DNA of 32,000 bases from the NCBI RefSeq assembly GCF_042660085.1, contig NZ_JBHSTI010000003.1, positions 11,962 through 43,961 of the forward strand, in the 5' to 3' direction. This document shows positions 1 to 9,485 of the stretch, piece by piece. A program made the position numbers and the translations under genes. The notes below the pieces were generated by a model that saw only the letters and a program-made list of their open reading frames with translations, ran no database searches and was not told the DNA's origin. This DNA comes from Longivirga aurantiaca. Its GTDB lineage: Bacteria > Actinomycetota > Actinomycetes > S36-B12 > CAIYMF01. How positions within the stretch are numbered: the first letter of the stretch is position 1; every line of letters starts with the position of its first letter.

Positions 1-1426
1 CGGCACGATCATCACGTTCCGCGGTTTCCTCGCGGCGTACGAGGAGTCGGTCGACGACGACCGCGAGAAGGACGACGACGACGCCGAGCGCCGGCTGCCG
101 AACGTCTCGGTCGGCGACACGATCACCGCCGTTCGGCTCGAGGCCGAGGGCCACTCGACCAACCCGCCGCCCCGCTACACCGAGGCGTCGCTGGTCAAGG
201 CGCTCGAGGAGCGCGGCATCGGCCGCCCGTCGACGTACGCCTCGATCCTCGGCACGATCGTCGACCGCGGCTACGTCGTGAAGCGCGGGTCGGCCATGGT
301 GCCGTCGTTCCTCGCGTTCTCGGTCGTGCGCCTCATGGAGGAGCACTTCACCCGGCTCGTCGACTACGACTTCACCGCGCGGCTCGAGGAGGTGCTCGAC
401 ACGGTTGCGTCGGGCGAGACCGACCGCGTGGCCGTGCTCGACCGCTTCTACCGCGGCGACGCCGACTTCGCCGGCCTCCACCCGCTGGTGAACGACCTCG
501 GCGAGATCGACGCGCGCGAGCTGGCGTCGTTCCCGATCGAGGGCTCGGACATCGTGCTGCGCGTCGGGCGCTACGGCCCCTACATCGAGCGCGACGGCGA
601 GCGCGCCAACGTGCCGGCCGAGCTGGCCCCCGACGAGCTCACCGCCGAGAAGGCCGCCGAGCTCATGGCGATGCCCTCGCACGACCGCGAGCTCGGCGTC
701 GACCCGGAGACCGGCCTCACGATCCTCGCCAAGAACGGCCGCTACGGCCCGTACGTGACCGAGGTGCTCGCCGAGGGCGCGCCCAAGTCGGCCAGGCCGC
801 GCACGGGCTCGCTGTTCTCCGACATGTCGCTCGACACGATCACGCTCGAGGACGCGCTGCGCCTGCTGTCGCTCCCGCGCGAGGTCGGCGCCGACCCGGC
901 GGACGGTGTGCTGATCACGGCGCAGAACGGCCGCTACGGCCCGTACATCACCAAGGACAAGGACTCGCGCTCGCTGCCCGACGAGGCGTCGATCTTCACG
1001 ATCGACCTCGACGGTGCGCTCGCGCTGCTCGCCCAGCCCAAGCAGCGTCGCGGCCAGGCCGCGGCAAAGCCCGGCATCGTGGTCGGCATCGACCCGGCGA
1101 CCAACCGCGAGGTCACGCTCAAGGAGGGCCGCTTCGGCCCGTACGTGACCGACGGCGAGACCAACGCCTCGCTGCGACGCGCGGACGACCCGGCCACGAT
1201 CGGCATCGAGCGCGCCGCCGACCTCCTCGCCGAGCGACGCGCCAAGGAGCCGGCGCCGAAGAAGAAGGCTGCGGCCAAGAAGACCGCCAAGAAGGCCCCG
1301 GCGAAGAAGGCGGCTGCGAAGAAGACCACCGCCAAGAAGACGGCTGCTGCGAAGAAGATCGCAGCCACCGCCGACCCTCAGCCCCCCACCGGCGGCGGCA
1401 CCACCACCACCCTCACCGTCGACTGA
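1..1426 (+). CDS. topA: DNA topoisomerase I, C-terminal part (5' end lies outside the window)
   Basis: The frame is open from position 2. The translation (..RYTEASLVKALEERGIGRPSTYASILGTIVDRGYV..) matches conserved type IA topoisomerase motifs. GRYGPY(I/V) repeats are followed by a Lys/Ala-rich tail (AAKKTAKKAPAKKAAAKK), as in actinobacterial TopA. The ORF-track start at 278 is an internal Met. Confidence 0.95.
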   Translation, partial: GTIITFRGFLAAYEESVDDDREKDDDDAERRLPNVSVGDTITAVRLEAEGHSTNPPPRYTEASLVKALEERGIGRPSTYASILGTIVDRGYVVKRGSAMVPSFLAFSVVRLMEEHFTRLVDYDFTARLEEVLDTVASGETDRVAVLDRFYRGDADFAGLHPLVNDLGEIDARELASFPIEGSDIVLRVGRYGPYIERDGERANVPAELAPDELTAEKAAELMAMPSHDRELGVDPETGLTILAKNGRYGPYVTEVLAEGAPKSARPRTGSLFSDMSLDTITLEDALRLLSLPREVGADPADGVLITAQNGRYGPYITKDKDSRSLPDEASIFTIDLDGALALLAQPKQRRGQAAAKPGIVVGIDPATNREVTLKEGRFGPYVTDGETNASLRRADDPATIGIERAADLLAERRAKEPAPKKKAAAKKTAKKAPAKKAAAKKTTAKKTAAAKKIAATADPQPPTGGGTTTTLTVD

Positions 1427-1446
1427 CCCCCCGCCACCTGCCCTTG

Positions 1447-1527
1447 TCGACCCTGAGGGTCGATCACGGCAGTTGAACCGCAGTTCTCGACCCCTAGGGT
1501 CGATCTAGGCAGTTCGACTGCACGTTC
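1447..1527. repeat. Two tandem copies (40 and 41 nt) of an intergenic double-hairpin repeat unit
   Basis: Unit 1 is TCGACCCtgaGGGTCGAtcacGGCAGTTgAACcGCagttc and unit 2 is TCGACCCctaGGGTCGAtctaGGCAGTTcGACTGCacgttc. Each has a 7-bp stem with a 3-nt loop plus a second short palindrome. The pair starts 20 nt after the topA stop codon. A third copy sits inverted at 4077-4125. Confidence 0.75.
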
Positions 1528-1685
1528 TGACCCGTCCTCGTGATCTGGGTACGCCTGCAGCACCCGTGACTCCGCTCACCCGGAGGCCGTCCGCGCGTGC
1601 TCAGCGCCGCACGCCAGCACCGGTCGAGGCGGATCCGGCGTCCGGCAGCGACCCACGGACGTCCGGATCGTGCGAGGCTCACCCG

Positions 1686-2501
1686 ATGACGAGACGGATC
1701 GAGGTCGGCTGCGACTTCATCTACGACTCCGCCGTCGCCACACCCACGATCTTCCAGGTACAGCCGTCGCCCTCGCCGGTCGTGACGCACGTGGTCGAGT
1801 CGTGGACGGCGCAGCCCACCATGGACCTCCGGTCGTACGTCGACGTCTACGGCAACCGGTGCACGCGCGTGGTGCTCCCCGCCGGCCGCTCGAGCTTCCG
1901 GTACGCCGCGGAGGTCGAGGTGCCCGACACGACCGAGGACTTCGACCTCTACGCGCCCGAGGTCGCACCGGACGACCTGCCGGACGACGTCCTCGTCTAT
2001 ACGCTCCCCAGCCGCTACTGCCTCCCCGACGTGCTCGCCAACGAGGCGTGGACGCTCTTCGGCGACGTCGCCCCCGGCTACGGCCGCGTGCAGGCGATCT
2101 GCGACCACGTCAACCAGCACCTCACCTTCCAGTACGGCAGCTCCACCGCATGGTCGACCGCGGCCGACGTCAACAGCACGCGCCTCGGCGTCTGCCGCGA
2201 CTACACGCACCTCGCGATCTCGTTCTGCCGCGCCCTCAACATCCCCGCGCGGTACGTCTTCGGCTACCTGCCGGACATCGACGTCGCGGTCGAGCAGGTC
2301 GAGATGGACTTCGCCGCGTGGATGCAGGTGTGGCTCGGCGACCGCTGGTGGACGTTCGACCCGCGCAACAACGTGCGGCGCAAGGGCCGCGTGCTCATCG
2401 GCGTCGGGCGTGACGCGGCGGACGTCGCGATGGCCACGACCTTCGGCGGCCCCATCCTCGCCTCGATGCACGTGACCGCCCGCGATATCCCGCAGCAGTA
2501 G
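1686..2501 (+). CDS. Transglutaminase-like family protein (putative cysteine protease fold)
   Basis: The motif GVCRDYTHLAISFCRALNIPARYVFGY and the C-terminal WWTFDPRNN..GRVLIGVGRDAADV are typical of the bacterial transglutaminase-like superfamily. I prefer the ATG at 1686 (MTRRIEVG..) over the GTG at 1566, because the upstream 40 codons are Arg/Pro-rich and look non-coding. Confidence 0.82.
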   Translation: MTRRIEVGCDFIYDSAVATPTIFQVQPSPSPVVTHVVESWTAQPTMDLRSYVDVYGNRCTRVVLPAGRSSFRYAAEVEVPDTTEDFDLYAPEVAPDDLPDDVLVYTLPSRYCLPDVLANEAWTLFGDVAPGYGRVQAICDHVNQHLTFQYGSSTAWSTAADVNSTRLGVCRDYTHLAISFCRALNIPARYVFGYLPDIDVAVEQVEMDFAAWMQVWLGDRWWTFDPRNNVRRKGRVLIGVGRDAADVAMATTFGGPILASMHVTARDIPQQ

Positions 2502-2513
2502 AGGAATCGGCTG

Positions 2514-3233
2514 CTAGGCAGACGGCACGAAGGCGACGTACACCGAGTTGGTCGCCGCACGCTCCTGCAGCGGGTTGGGGAACTCGACGACGTCGCAGCG
2601 CACGTCGACGAACGCCGTGCGCAGCACCGCGAGGTAGTCGTCGTCGGGCGGGTCGTTCGACCACAGCGTGAAGACGCCGCCGGGCCGCAGCCGCGACGCC
2701 AGCACCCGCACGCCGTCCGCCGTGTAGAACGGCGCGTGGCTCGGGTGCAGCAGGTGCCGCGGCGAGTGGTCGATGTCGACGACGATCGCGTCGTACCGGC
2801 GTACGGGGTCCCCGGCGGAGTAGCCGCCGGATGCCGTGAGCGCGAAGAAGTCGCCGTGCAGCAGGGTGCAGCGCGGGTCGGACGCCGCGGACACGCTCAC
2901 CGGCACGAGCCCGCGCTGGTGCCAGTCGATCACCGGCGCGAGCGCGTCGACCACGACCAGTGACGCCACGCGCGGGTCGTCGAGCACTGTCTGCGCGGTG
3001 TAGCCGAGGCCGAGGCCGCCCACCACCACGTCGAGCGGCCGGTCGGGCGCCGCCGCGAGGGCGAGGCGAGCCACCTCGACCTCGGCGACGGTGAACACGC
3101 TCGACATGAGGTACTCGTCGCCGAGCTTCACCTCGTAGATGTCGTCGCCGCCGGACGGGTTGATGCGCCGCCACAGGCTGATGTCGCCCATCGGCGTGGG
3201 CACCAGGTCGAGCACCTCGAACCGAGCCGCCAC
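2514..3233 (-). CDS. Spermidine synthase-like class I SAM-dependent methyltransferase
   Basis: The translation ..FEVLDLVPTPMGDISLWRR..VVVGGLGLGYTAQTVL..IVVDIDHSP..RPGGVFTLWSN has the spermidine-synthase-like fold pattern. The start is placed at the GTG (VAARFEVLD); the ATG at 3191 is an alternative. The ORF-track 5' extension to 3593 is Arg/Ala-rich and overlaps the divergent gene. Confidence 0.72.
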   Translation of the reverse strand: MAARFEVLDLVPTPMGDISLWRRINPSGGDDIYEVKLGDEYLMSSVFTVAEVEVARLALAAAPDRPLDVVVGGLGLGYTAQTVLDDPRVASLVVVDALAPVIDWHQRGLVPVSVSAASDPRCTLLHGDFFALTASGGYSAGDPVRRYDAIVVDIDHSPRHLLHPSHAPFYTADGVRVLASRLRPGGVFTLWSNDPPDDDYLAVLRTAFVDVRCDVVEFPNPLQERAATNSVYVAFVPSA

Positions 3234-3465
3234 CGCTCTGCACCCGCCTGCTGGTCGTGCCCTGCCCGCTGCAGCGATCCGCCAGGACGTCCCGGCGCTG
3301 CCACGAGTCAACCGCACCCACGCCCTATCCACGAGTAGCCGCCCGAGTCCTCGGTCCTGGGGCGCCACACCGAGGACTGCGGCGGTTGCTCGGGGGCTCT
3401 CGCGGGGAACAATGCGCGCACGCCCGTGCGTTGACCAGGGTCCGCCGACGAAAGGACCGCAGCCC

Positions 3466-4053
3466 GTGCCGGCAGCCACCACCACAGCGCCCACCTTCGA
3501 CGAGCAGGCAGCCCTCCTGCGCAGCGTCGGCGTGGGCGCCGACCTCGAGGCCCTCCGTCCGTACGCCGACAACGCAGCGGCGACCGACCCCACCCACCTG
3601 CCGTTCGTCCTGGTCGCCGGCGGCCTCGACCTCGACGCCGCGATGGCTCACGTGATCGCGAAGGGCAAGCCCGGGCGGGTCGACATGACCCCGCTGCGGC
3701 CGCACGACTTCGCGCCGATCGAGGGCACCGAGCCGCCTGCCTCGCCGTACCTCCTGCTCGACGTCGATCTCGGTGCGCGGTTCCGCAACGCGACGCCGGA
3801 GGCCGCGCTGATCGCGCTGCGTGCGGAGGGCCGTACCCCGCTGACGATCGACGAGGGAGTGAGCATGCTGCTGCAGGTGCCCGATGCGCTGCACGCGCGC
3901 ACGGCGTACAGCCTGCTCGCGAGCCGCCGGGCCGACCAGCGGGTGCCCGCGCTCTGGATGTCGTACGGCGCCCCCCGGCTCGGCTGGTGCTGGGACCGCA
4001 ACCCCCACACCTGGCTCGGCTCCGCGTCTGCCGCCGCCCGCATCACCGTCTGA
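3466..4053 (+). CDS. Conserved hypothetical protein (about 195 aa)
   Basis: High GC3 in this frame. A GTG at 3466 is preceded by AAAGGA 9 nt upstream. The translation (..FDEQAALLRSVGVGADLEALRPYADNAA..RVPALWMSYGAPRLGWCWDRNPHTWLGSAS) looks like a real globular protein. I do not recognise a function. Confidence 0.6.
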   Translation: MPAATTTAPTFDEQAALLRSVGVGADLEALRPYADNAAATDPTHLPFVLVAGGLDLDAAMAHVIAKGKPGRVDMTPLRPHDFAPIEGTEPPASPYLLLDVDLGARFRNATPEAALIALRAEGRTPLTIDEGVSMLLQVPDALHARTAYSLLASRRADQRVPALWMSYGAPRLGWCWDRNPHTWLGSASAAARITV

Positions 4054-4076
4054 CACGGCACCAAGATCGCGAGTGG

Positions 4077-4125
4077 GGGTCGAGGAGTGCAGTTCAACTG
4101 CCGTGATCGACCCTAGGGGTGCAGA
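4077..4125. repeat. Inverted copy of the 40-bp double-hairpin intergenic repeat
   Basis: The reverse complement of 4077-4125 reads ttctgcaCCCctaGGGTCGAtcacGGCAGTTgAACTGCactcctcgacccc. It is near-identical to 1454-1494 apart from a few substitutions. It contains the perfect palindrome GCAGTTcAACTGC. It lies 24 nt after the stop of the 3466-4053 gene. Confidence 0.75.
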
Positions 4126-4219
4126 AGTGCAGCGAGGGCGGCGTGGGAGGCCGTCGTACGCCGGCCCAGCCGCCCGAGGTGCGCGGCGTTGTGTCGCTGC
4201 GGGGTCGTAGGGTGCCGGG

Positions 4220-4945
4220 GTGAGCACCGAGCCCCCCACGAGCGCCGCGCCCACCGCTGGCGCGCTGCCGGGGCTGTTCGTGGCGTTCGAGGGTGGCGAC
4301 GGCGCGGGCAAGTCGACCCAGGCGCGCGCGCTCGCCGCAGCGCTGGAAGGCGCGGGCCGCGAGGTGGTGCTCACCCGCGAGCCGGGCGGCACCCCCGCCG
4401 CCGAGGCGATCCGCGACGTCGTGCTCACGCCCCAGTACGCCGGCCTCGACGCCCGGGCCGAGGCGCTGCTGTTCGCGGCCTCGCGCGGCGAGCACGTCGC
4501 GCGCCTGGTGCGCCCCGCCCTCGAGCGCGGCGCCGTCGTCATCACCGACCGCTACCTCGACTCCTCGATCGCCTACCAGGGGATCGCCCGCGGCCTCGGC
4601 CTCGAGGTCGTGGAGCAGCTCAACCTCTGGGCCACGCGCGATCTCCTGCCCCACCTCACCGTGCTGCTCGACGTCGAGGCCGGCACGGGCCTCGACCGCG
4701 TCACCGACCCCAACCGGCTCGAGGACGAGCCGACGTCGTTCCACGCCGTCGTCGTCCAGGCGTTCCGCGACCTGGCCGCCCGTGAGCCCGGGCGCTACCT
4801 CGTGATCCCTGCGTCGGGAAGCCGCGAGGAGATCGCCGCCACCGTGCTCGCCCGAGTGCAGACCCTCCTCGCTGACACTGATCAATCCGTCGCTTCCGGG
4901 GCTGGGAAGCAGCGGATTGACCAGTCTGAGCAGGGGGTGTCATGA
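4220..4945 (+). CDS. tmk: dTMP (thymidylate) kinase
   Basis: P-loop FVAFEGGDGAGKSTQ followed by LTREPGGT and DRYLDSSIAYQG. The stop overlaps the holB start (ATGA at 4942-4945). Confidence 0.93.
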   Translation: MSTEPPTSAAPTAGALPGLFVAFEGGDGAGKSTQARALAAALEGAGREVVLTREPGGTPAAEAIRDVVLTPQYAGLDARAEALLFAASRGEHVARLVRPALERGAVVITDRYLDSSIAYQGIARGLGLEVVEQLNLWATRDLLPHLTVLLDVEAGTGLDRVTDPNRLEDEPTSFHAVVVQAFRDLAAREPGRYLVIPASGSREEIAATVLARVQTLLADTDQSVASGAGKQRIDQSEQGVS

Positions 4946-6126
4946 GCGACGTCTTCAGCGGGCTCGTCGGGCAGGACAACGCCGTCGCGCTGCTGCGCGC
5001 CGCGGCCGCCGACGCCCCTGCAGCCCGCGCCGGGCAGCACTCCACCGCGATGACGCACGCCTGGCTCATCACCGGCCCTCCCGGGTCGGGCCGCAGCACA
5101 GCCGCGCTCGCCTTCGCCGCGGCGCTCGTCTGCCCGCAGGGCGGCTGCGGCACCTGCCAGGAGTGCACGTCGGTGCGGCACTCCGCGCATGTCGACGTCG
5201 AGCACGTCGTGCCCGAGTCGGTCACCTACGCCGTCGACGAGACGCGCGAGCTCGTACGCCGGTCGAGCATCTCGCCGTCGCGCGCGCCCTGGCACGTGTT
5301 CGTGCTCGAGGACGCCGACCGCCTCAACCCCGAGAGCGCCAACACTCTGCTCAAGTCGATCGAGGAGCCCACGCCGGGCACTGTGTGGATCCTCTGCGCG
5401 CCGAGCACCGAGGACGTGCTCCCCACGATCCGCTCGCGCTGCCGCCACCTCATGCTCGCCACCCCCACCACCGCCGAGGTGGCCGATGCGCTGCAGCGGG
5501 TGCTCGGGGTCGATCCCGCGATGGCGTCGTTCGCCGCCCGCGCCGCGCAGGGCCACATCGGCCGCGCCCGCGCGCTCGCCACCGACGAGAGCGCGCGCCT
5601 GCGCCGGCAGGACGTCCTGCGCATCCCGAGCCAGCTGCGCGACCTCGGCTCGTGCCTCGCGCTCGCCGCCGACCTCGTGGCCACCGTCACCGAGGACGCC
5701 GCCTCGATCTGCGACCCGCTCGACTCCGACGAGATGTCGGCGCTGCGGGCGGCGTACGGCGAGGGCTCGGAAGGACGCGGCATCGGCACCGTCGAGCGCC
5801 GCGCGAAGGGCGCGCTGAAGGCGTTGGAGGACAGGCAGAAGCGGCGCCGGCGCCGGGTCGTGCGCGACCAGCTCGACCGCGCGATCGTCGACCTCATCGC
5901 GTTCTACCGCGACGTGCTCGTCGTGCAGCTCGGGGCGGCGTCGCCGCTCGTGAACGACGAGATGCGCCCGCAGATCGAGCGCCTCGCGGCCGAGTCGTCG
6001 CCCGAGGACACGCTGCACCGCGTCGACGCGCTCGAGCGCACCCGCAACCTGCTCGAGGCCAACGTCGCGCCGCTGCTCGCCTTCGAGTCGCTCACCGTGA
6101 GCCTGCGCGACCCCTCGCTCGTCTGA
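4942..6126 (+). CDS. holB: DNA polymerase III subunit delta'
   Basis: HAWLITGPPGSGRSTAALAFAAAL, the Cys cluster CPQGGCGTCQEC, NTLLKSIEEP and the SRC motif (IRSRCRH). The topA-tmk-holB order is the usual actinobacterial synteny. Confidence 0.9.
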   Translation: MSDVFSGLVGQDNAVALLRAAAADAPAARAGQHSTAMTHAWLITGPPGSGRSTAALAFAAALVCPQGGCGTCQECTSVRHSAHVDVEHVVPESVTYAVDETRELVRRSSISPSRAPWHVFVLEDADRLNPESANTLLKSIEEPTPGTVWILCAPSTEDVLPTIRSRCRHLMLATPTTAEVADALQRVLGVDPAMASFAARAAQGHIGRARALATDESARLRRQDVLRIPSQLRDLGSCLALAADLVATVTEDAASICDPLDSDEMSALRAAYGEGSEGRGIGTVERRAKGALKALEDRQKRRRRRVVRDQLDRAIVDLIAFYRDVLVVQLGAASPLVNDEMRPQIERLAAESSPEDTLHRVDALERTRNLLEANVAPLLAFESLTVSLRDPSLV

Positions 6127-6145
6127 GACCGAGCCTGGTACCTCG

Positions 6146-9100
6146 TCAGACGGTGCGGCGGAACTGCCCGCCGACGTCGAACAGCGCCTGCGTGATCTGC
6201 CCGAGCGAGCACACGCGCACGGCCGACAGCAGGGCCTCGAACAGGTTGCCGCCCGAGACCGCGGCGTCCTGCAGCGCGGCGAGCGCCTCGGGTGCCTCCG
6301 CCTGGTGCCGCTCCTGGAACGCGCGCAGCCGGTCGAGCTGCGACTGCTTCTCGTGCTCGGTCGCACGGGCGAGCTCGAGTCCGTGCGCGGTCTCGCAGTC
6401 GGAGGACGACGCGGGCGCGAGGAACGTGTTGACGCCGATGATCGGCAGCGAGCCGTCGTGCTTGCGGTGCTCGTAGAGCATCGACTCGTCCTGGATCCTG
6501 CCGCGCTGGTAGCCGGTCTCCATCGCGCCGAGCACACCGCCGCGGTCGGAGATGCGCTCGAACTCGGCGAGCACGGCCTCCTCGACGAGGTCGGTGAGCT
6601 GCTCGACGACGTACGAGCCCTGGAGCGGGTTCTCGTTCATCGACAGGCCCCACTCCTTGTCGATGATCATCTGGATGGCGAGCGCGCGGCGCACCGACGA
6701 CTCGCTCGGCGTGGTGACCGCCTCGTCGTACGCGTTGGTGTGCAACGAGTTCGCGTTGTCGTAGAGGGCGCAGAGCGCCTGCAGCGTGGTGCGGATGTCG
6801 TTGAAGTCCATCTCCTGCGCGTGCAGCGAGCGGCCGCTGGTCTGCACGTGGTACTTCAGCTTCTGCGCGCGCTCGTCCGCGCCGTACTTCTCCTTCATCG
6901 CCACGGCCCAGATGCGGCGCGCGACGCGGCCGATCACGGTGTACTCGGCGTCCATGCCGTTGCTGAAGAAGAACGACAGGTTGGGCGCGAAGTCATTCAC
7001 GTCCATGCCGCGCGCGAGGTACGACTCGACGTAGGTGAACCCGTTCGACAGCGTGAACGCGAGCTGGCTGATGGGGTTCGCCCCGGCCTCGGCGATGTGG
7101 TAGCCGCTGATCGAGACCGAGTAGAAGTTGCGGACGTCGTGCTCGATGAACCACTGCTGGATGTCGGCCATCGCGCGCAGCGAGAACTCGGTCGAGAAGA
7201 TGCAGGTGTTCTGGCCCTGGTCCTCCTTGAGGATGTCGGCCTGCACCGTGCCGCGGACGGTCGACACCGTGCGGGCGCGGATCGCGTCGAGCTCGCCGGC
7301 GTCGGGCTCACGGCCCTCGTCGGTGCGGAAGCGCTCGACCTGCTGGTCGATCGCGGCGTTGAAGTACATCGCCAGGATCGTGGGCGCCGGGCCGTTGATG
7401 GTCATCGAGACCGACGTGGTCGGCGAGCAGAGGTCGAACCCTGCGTACAGGTCCTTCATGTCGTCGAGCGTCGCGATCGAGACGCCGGACGTGCCCACCT
7501 TGCCGTAGACGTCGGGCTGCGGCGCGGGGTCGCGGCCGTAGAGCGTGACGGAGTCGAACGCCGTCGACAGGCGCGTGGCCGGCTGACCCTGCGAGAGCAG
7601 GTGGAAGCGCCGGTTGGTGCGTGCGGGGTCGCCCTCGCCGGCGAACATCCGCGCGGGCGCCTCGCCCTCGCGCTTGAACGGGAAGACGCCGGCGGTGAAG
7701 GGGTAGGAGCCGGGCAGGTTCTCCGCGCGAAGGAACCGGAGCAGCGAGCCGTGGTCGTCGTCCGGGGGGAGTGCCACGCGCGGCACGTGGCTGCCCGAGA
7801 GCGTCTCGCGCGTGAGCGGCGTCGTGATCTCCTTGCCGCGCACGACGTACACCTGGTGGTCGCCGGTGTACGACGCCCTCACGGCCGGCCAGCCGTCGAG
7901 CAGCTCTCGGACCGAGGCGGGCATCGACTCGTGGGCAGCGCCGAGCAGACGACTGACGGCAGCGGCTGCGGAGGACTCGCCCTCGGCGGCGAGCAGGTCG
8001 AGCGTGGCCGAGAGCTGCTGCGCCTGGCGGGCGAGGGCTGCGAGCCGCTGGGTCTCCGCGTGGTAGCCGCGGACGGTGCTGGCGATCTCGGCCAGGTAGT
8101 GCTCGCGGCCGCGGGGGAGCACACGGGCGATGTGGGTGGAGAAGCGCGTGGTCACCGGCGCGAGCGTGCCGTCGAACTCGCGCAGGCCCTTCGCGGTGAG
8201 CAGGCTCTTGAGCTCCTGGTAGAGCGCGGTCACGCCGTCGTCGTCGAAACGCGCTGCGCTCGTGCCGAAGACGGGCATGTCCTCCCACGGCGTGCCGAAC
8301 GCCTCGCGGTTGCGCACCATCTGGCGCGCGACGTCGCGACGCGCGTCCTCGGCGCCGCGGCGCTCGAACTTGTTGACCGCGACGACGTCGGCGAAGTCGA
8401 GCATGTCGATCTTCTCGAGCTGCGAGGCGGCGCCGTACTCCGGCGTCATGACGTAGAGGCTCACGTCGGCGTGCGACGAGATGGCGACGTCGCCCTGGCC
8501 GATTCCGGGCGTCTCGACGATCACGAGGTCGTAGCCGGCGGCGCGGCAGGCGGCGACGGCGTCGTCGAGCGACGGCGGGACGACGGTGTTGGCGTCGCGC
8601 GTGGCGAACGAGCGGAAGAAGACGACGTCGGGATCGATCGAGTTCATGCGGATGCGGTCGCCGAGCAGGGCGCCGCCGCCGCGGCGGCGCGTGGGGTCGA
8701 CGGCGAGGACGGCGATACGGAGCTTGTCCTGGCTGTCGCGGCGCAGCCGGCGTACGAGCTCGTCGGTGAGCGACGACTTGCCCGAGCCGCCTGTGCCGGT
8801 GATGCCGAGCACGGGCGCGGGGTGAACCGCGGTGGCGGTGCGCAGCTCGGCCGCGAGCTCGGGCCGGCGTCCGGACTCGAGCACGGTGAGCGCGCGCGCG
8901 AGCGCAGTGACGTCGCCCGTGCGGAGCGCGGTGACGTCGACCTCGCCGCCTGCGAGATCGACGTCGCAGGTGCGGATGAGCTCGTTGATCATTCCGGGCA
9001 GTCCGAGGCGCTGGCCGTCGGCGGGGGAGAAGATGCGCACGCCGACGGCGGCGAGCGCGTCGATCTCCTCGGGCACGATCACGCCGCCACCACCGCCGAA

Positions 9101-9391
9101 CACGCGCACGTGGCCGGCGCCGCGCTCGCGCAGCCGCTCGACGAGGTAGGTGAAGTACTCGACGTGCCCGCCCTGGTACGACGAGACCGCGATCCCCTGG
9201 ACGTCCTCCTGCACCGCGGCGGTGACGACGTCCTCGACGCTGCGGTCGTGGCCGAGGTGCACGACCTCGGCGCCCTGGGCCTGCAGCAGCCGCCGCATGA
9301 TGTTGATGGCGGCGTCGTGCCCGTCGAACAGGCTCGCGGCCGTGACGAAGCGGACGGGGTTCACGGGTGCGTGCAGGGCGGCCGGGTCCAC
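6146..9391 (-). CDS. icmF: Fused isobutyryl-CoA mutase (B12-binding domain, MeaB-like GTPase and mutase catalytic domain)
   Basis: 1081 aa. The N-terminus has the B12-binding DGHD motif (SLFDGHDAAINIMRR). The middle has a G-protein P-loop (GITGTGGSGKSS) and NKFE. The C-terminus is a methylmalonyl/isobutyryl-CoA mutase-type barrel. The GTG start is preceded by GAGGAGGAG. Confidence 0.92.
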   Translation of the reverse strand: MDPAALHAPVNPVRFVTAASLFDGHDAAINIMRRLLQAQGAEVVHLGHDRSVEDVVTAAVQEDVQGIAVSSYQGGHVEYFTYLVERLRERGAGHVRVFGGGGGVIVPEEIDALAAVGVRIFSPADGQRLGLPGMINELIRTCDVDLAGGEVDVTALRTGDVTALARALTVLESGRRPELAAELRTATAVHPAPVLGITGTGGSGKSSLTDELVRRLRRDSQDKLRIAVLAVDPTRRRGGGALLGDRIRMNSIDPDVVFFRSFATRDANTVVPPSLDDAVAACRAAGYDLVIVETPGIGQGDVAISSHADVSLYVMTPEYGAASQLEKIDMLDFADVVAVNKFERRGAEDARRDVARQMVRNREAFGTPWEDMPVFGTSAARFDDDGVTALYQELKSLLTAKGLREFDGTLAPVTTRFSTHIARVLPRGREHYLAEIASTVRGYHAETQRLAALARQAQQLSATLDLLAAEGESSAAAAVSRLLGAAHESMPASVRELLDGWPAVRASYTGDHQVYVVRGKEITTPLTRETLSGSHVPRVALPPDDDHGSLLRFLRAENLPGSYPFTAGVFPFKREGEAPARMFAGEGDPARTNRRFHLLSQGQPATRLSTAFDSVTLYGRDPAPQPDVYGKVGTSGVSIATLDDMKDLYAGFDLCSPTTSVSMTINGPAPTILAMYFNAAIDQQVERFRTDEGREPDAGELDAIRARTVSTVRGTVQADILKEDQGQNTCIFSTEFSLRAMADIQQWFIEHDVRNFYSVSISGYHIAEAGANPISQLAFTLSNGFTYVESYLARGMDVNDFAPNLSFFFSNGMDAEYTVIGRVARRIWAVAMKEKYGADERAQKLKYHVQTSGRSLHAQEMDFNDIRTTLQALCALYDNANSLHTNAYDEAVTTPSESSVRRALAIQMIIDKEWGLSMNENPLQGSYVVEQLTDLVEEAVLAEFERISDRGGVLGAMETGYQRGRIQDESMLYEHRKHDGSLPIIGVNTFLAPASSSDCETAHGLELARATEHEKQSQLDRLRAFQERHQAEAPEALAALQDAAVSGGNLFEALLSAVRVCSLGQITQALFDVGGQFRRTV

Positions 9392-9429
9392 GGCTCCTCC
9401 TCGGGTCGGCCCGGGATCGCCGGGTGGGA

Positions 9430-9453
9430 AAATAGTAGGACGTCCGACTATTT
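9430..9453. promoter_or_regulatory. 24-bp near-perfect palindrome, candidate MarR operator in the icmF/marR divergent region
   Basis: AAATAGTaGGAC|GTCCgACTATTT has 11 of 12 symmetric pairs. It is the only AT-rich patch in the 94-bp gap between the icmF start (9391, minus) and the marR start (9486, plus). Confidence 0.5.
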
Positions 9454-9485
9454 GAAGGCAATGGGCCAGCGGCTACGATCGGACG

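Noticed and set aside
278-1426. The ORF-track start at 278 as the topA start
   Set aside because: The frame is open and clearly topoisomerase-like from position 2, so the gene simply enters the window truncated.
4882-6537. A 551-aa minus-strand ORF overlapping holB, plus similar long shadow ORFs (1494-2471 minus, 12955-14637 minus, 28893-30179 minus, 25836-27026 plus, 27530-29221 plus)
   Set aside because: All are antisense or off-frame to genes with clear family motifs. They have Arg/Pro/Gly-rich composition and no recognisable domains, so they are high-GC frame artefacts.
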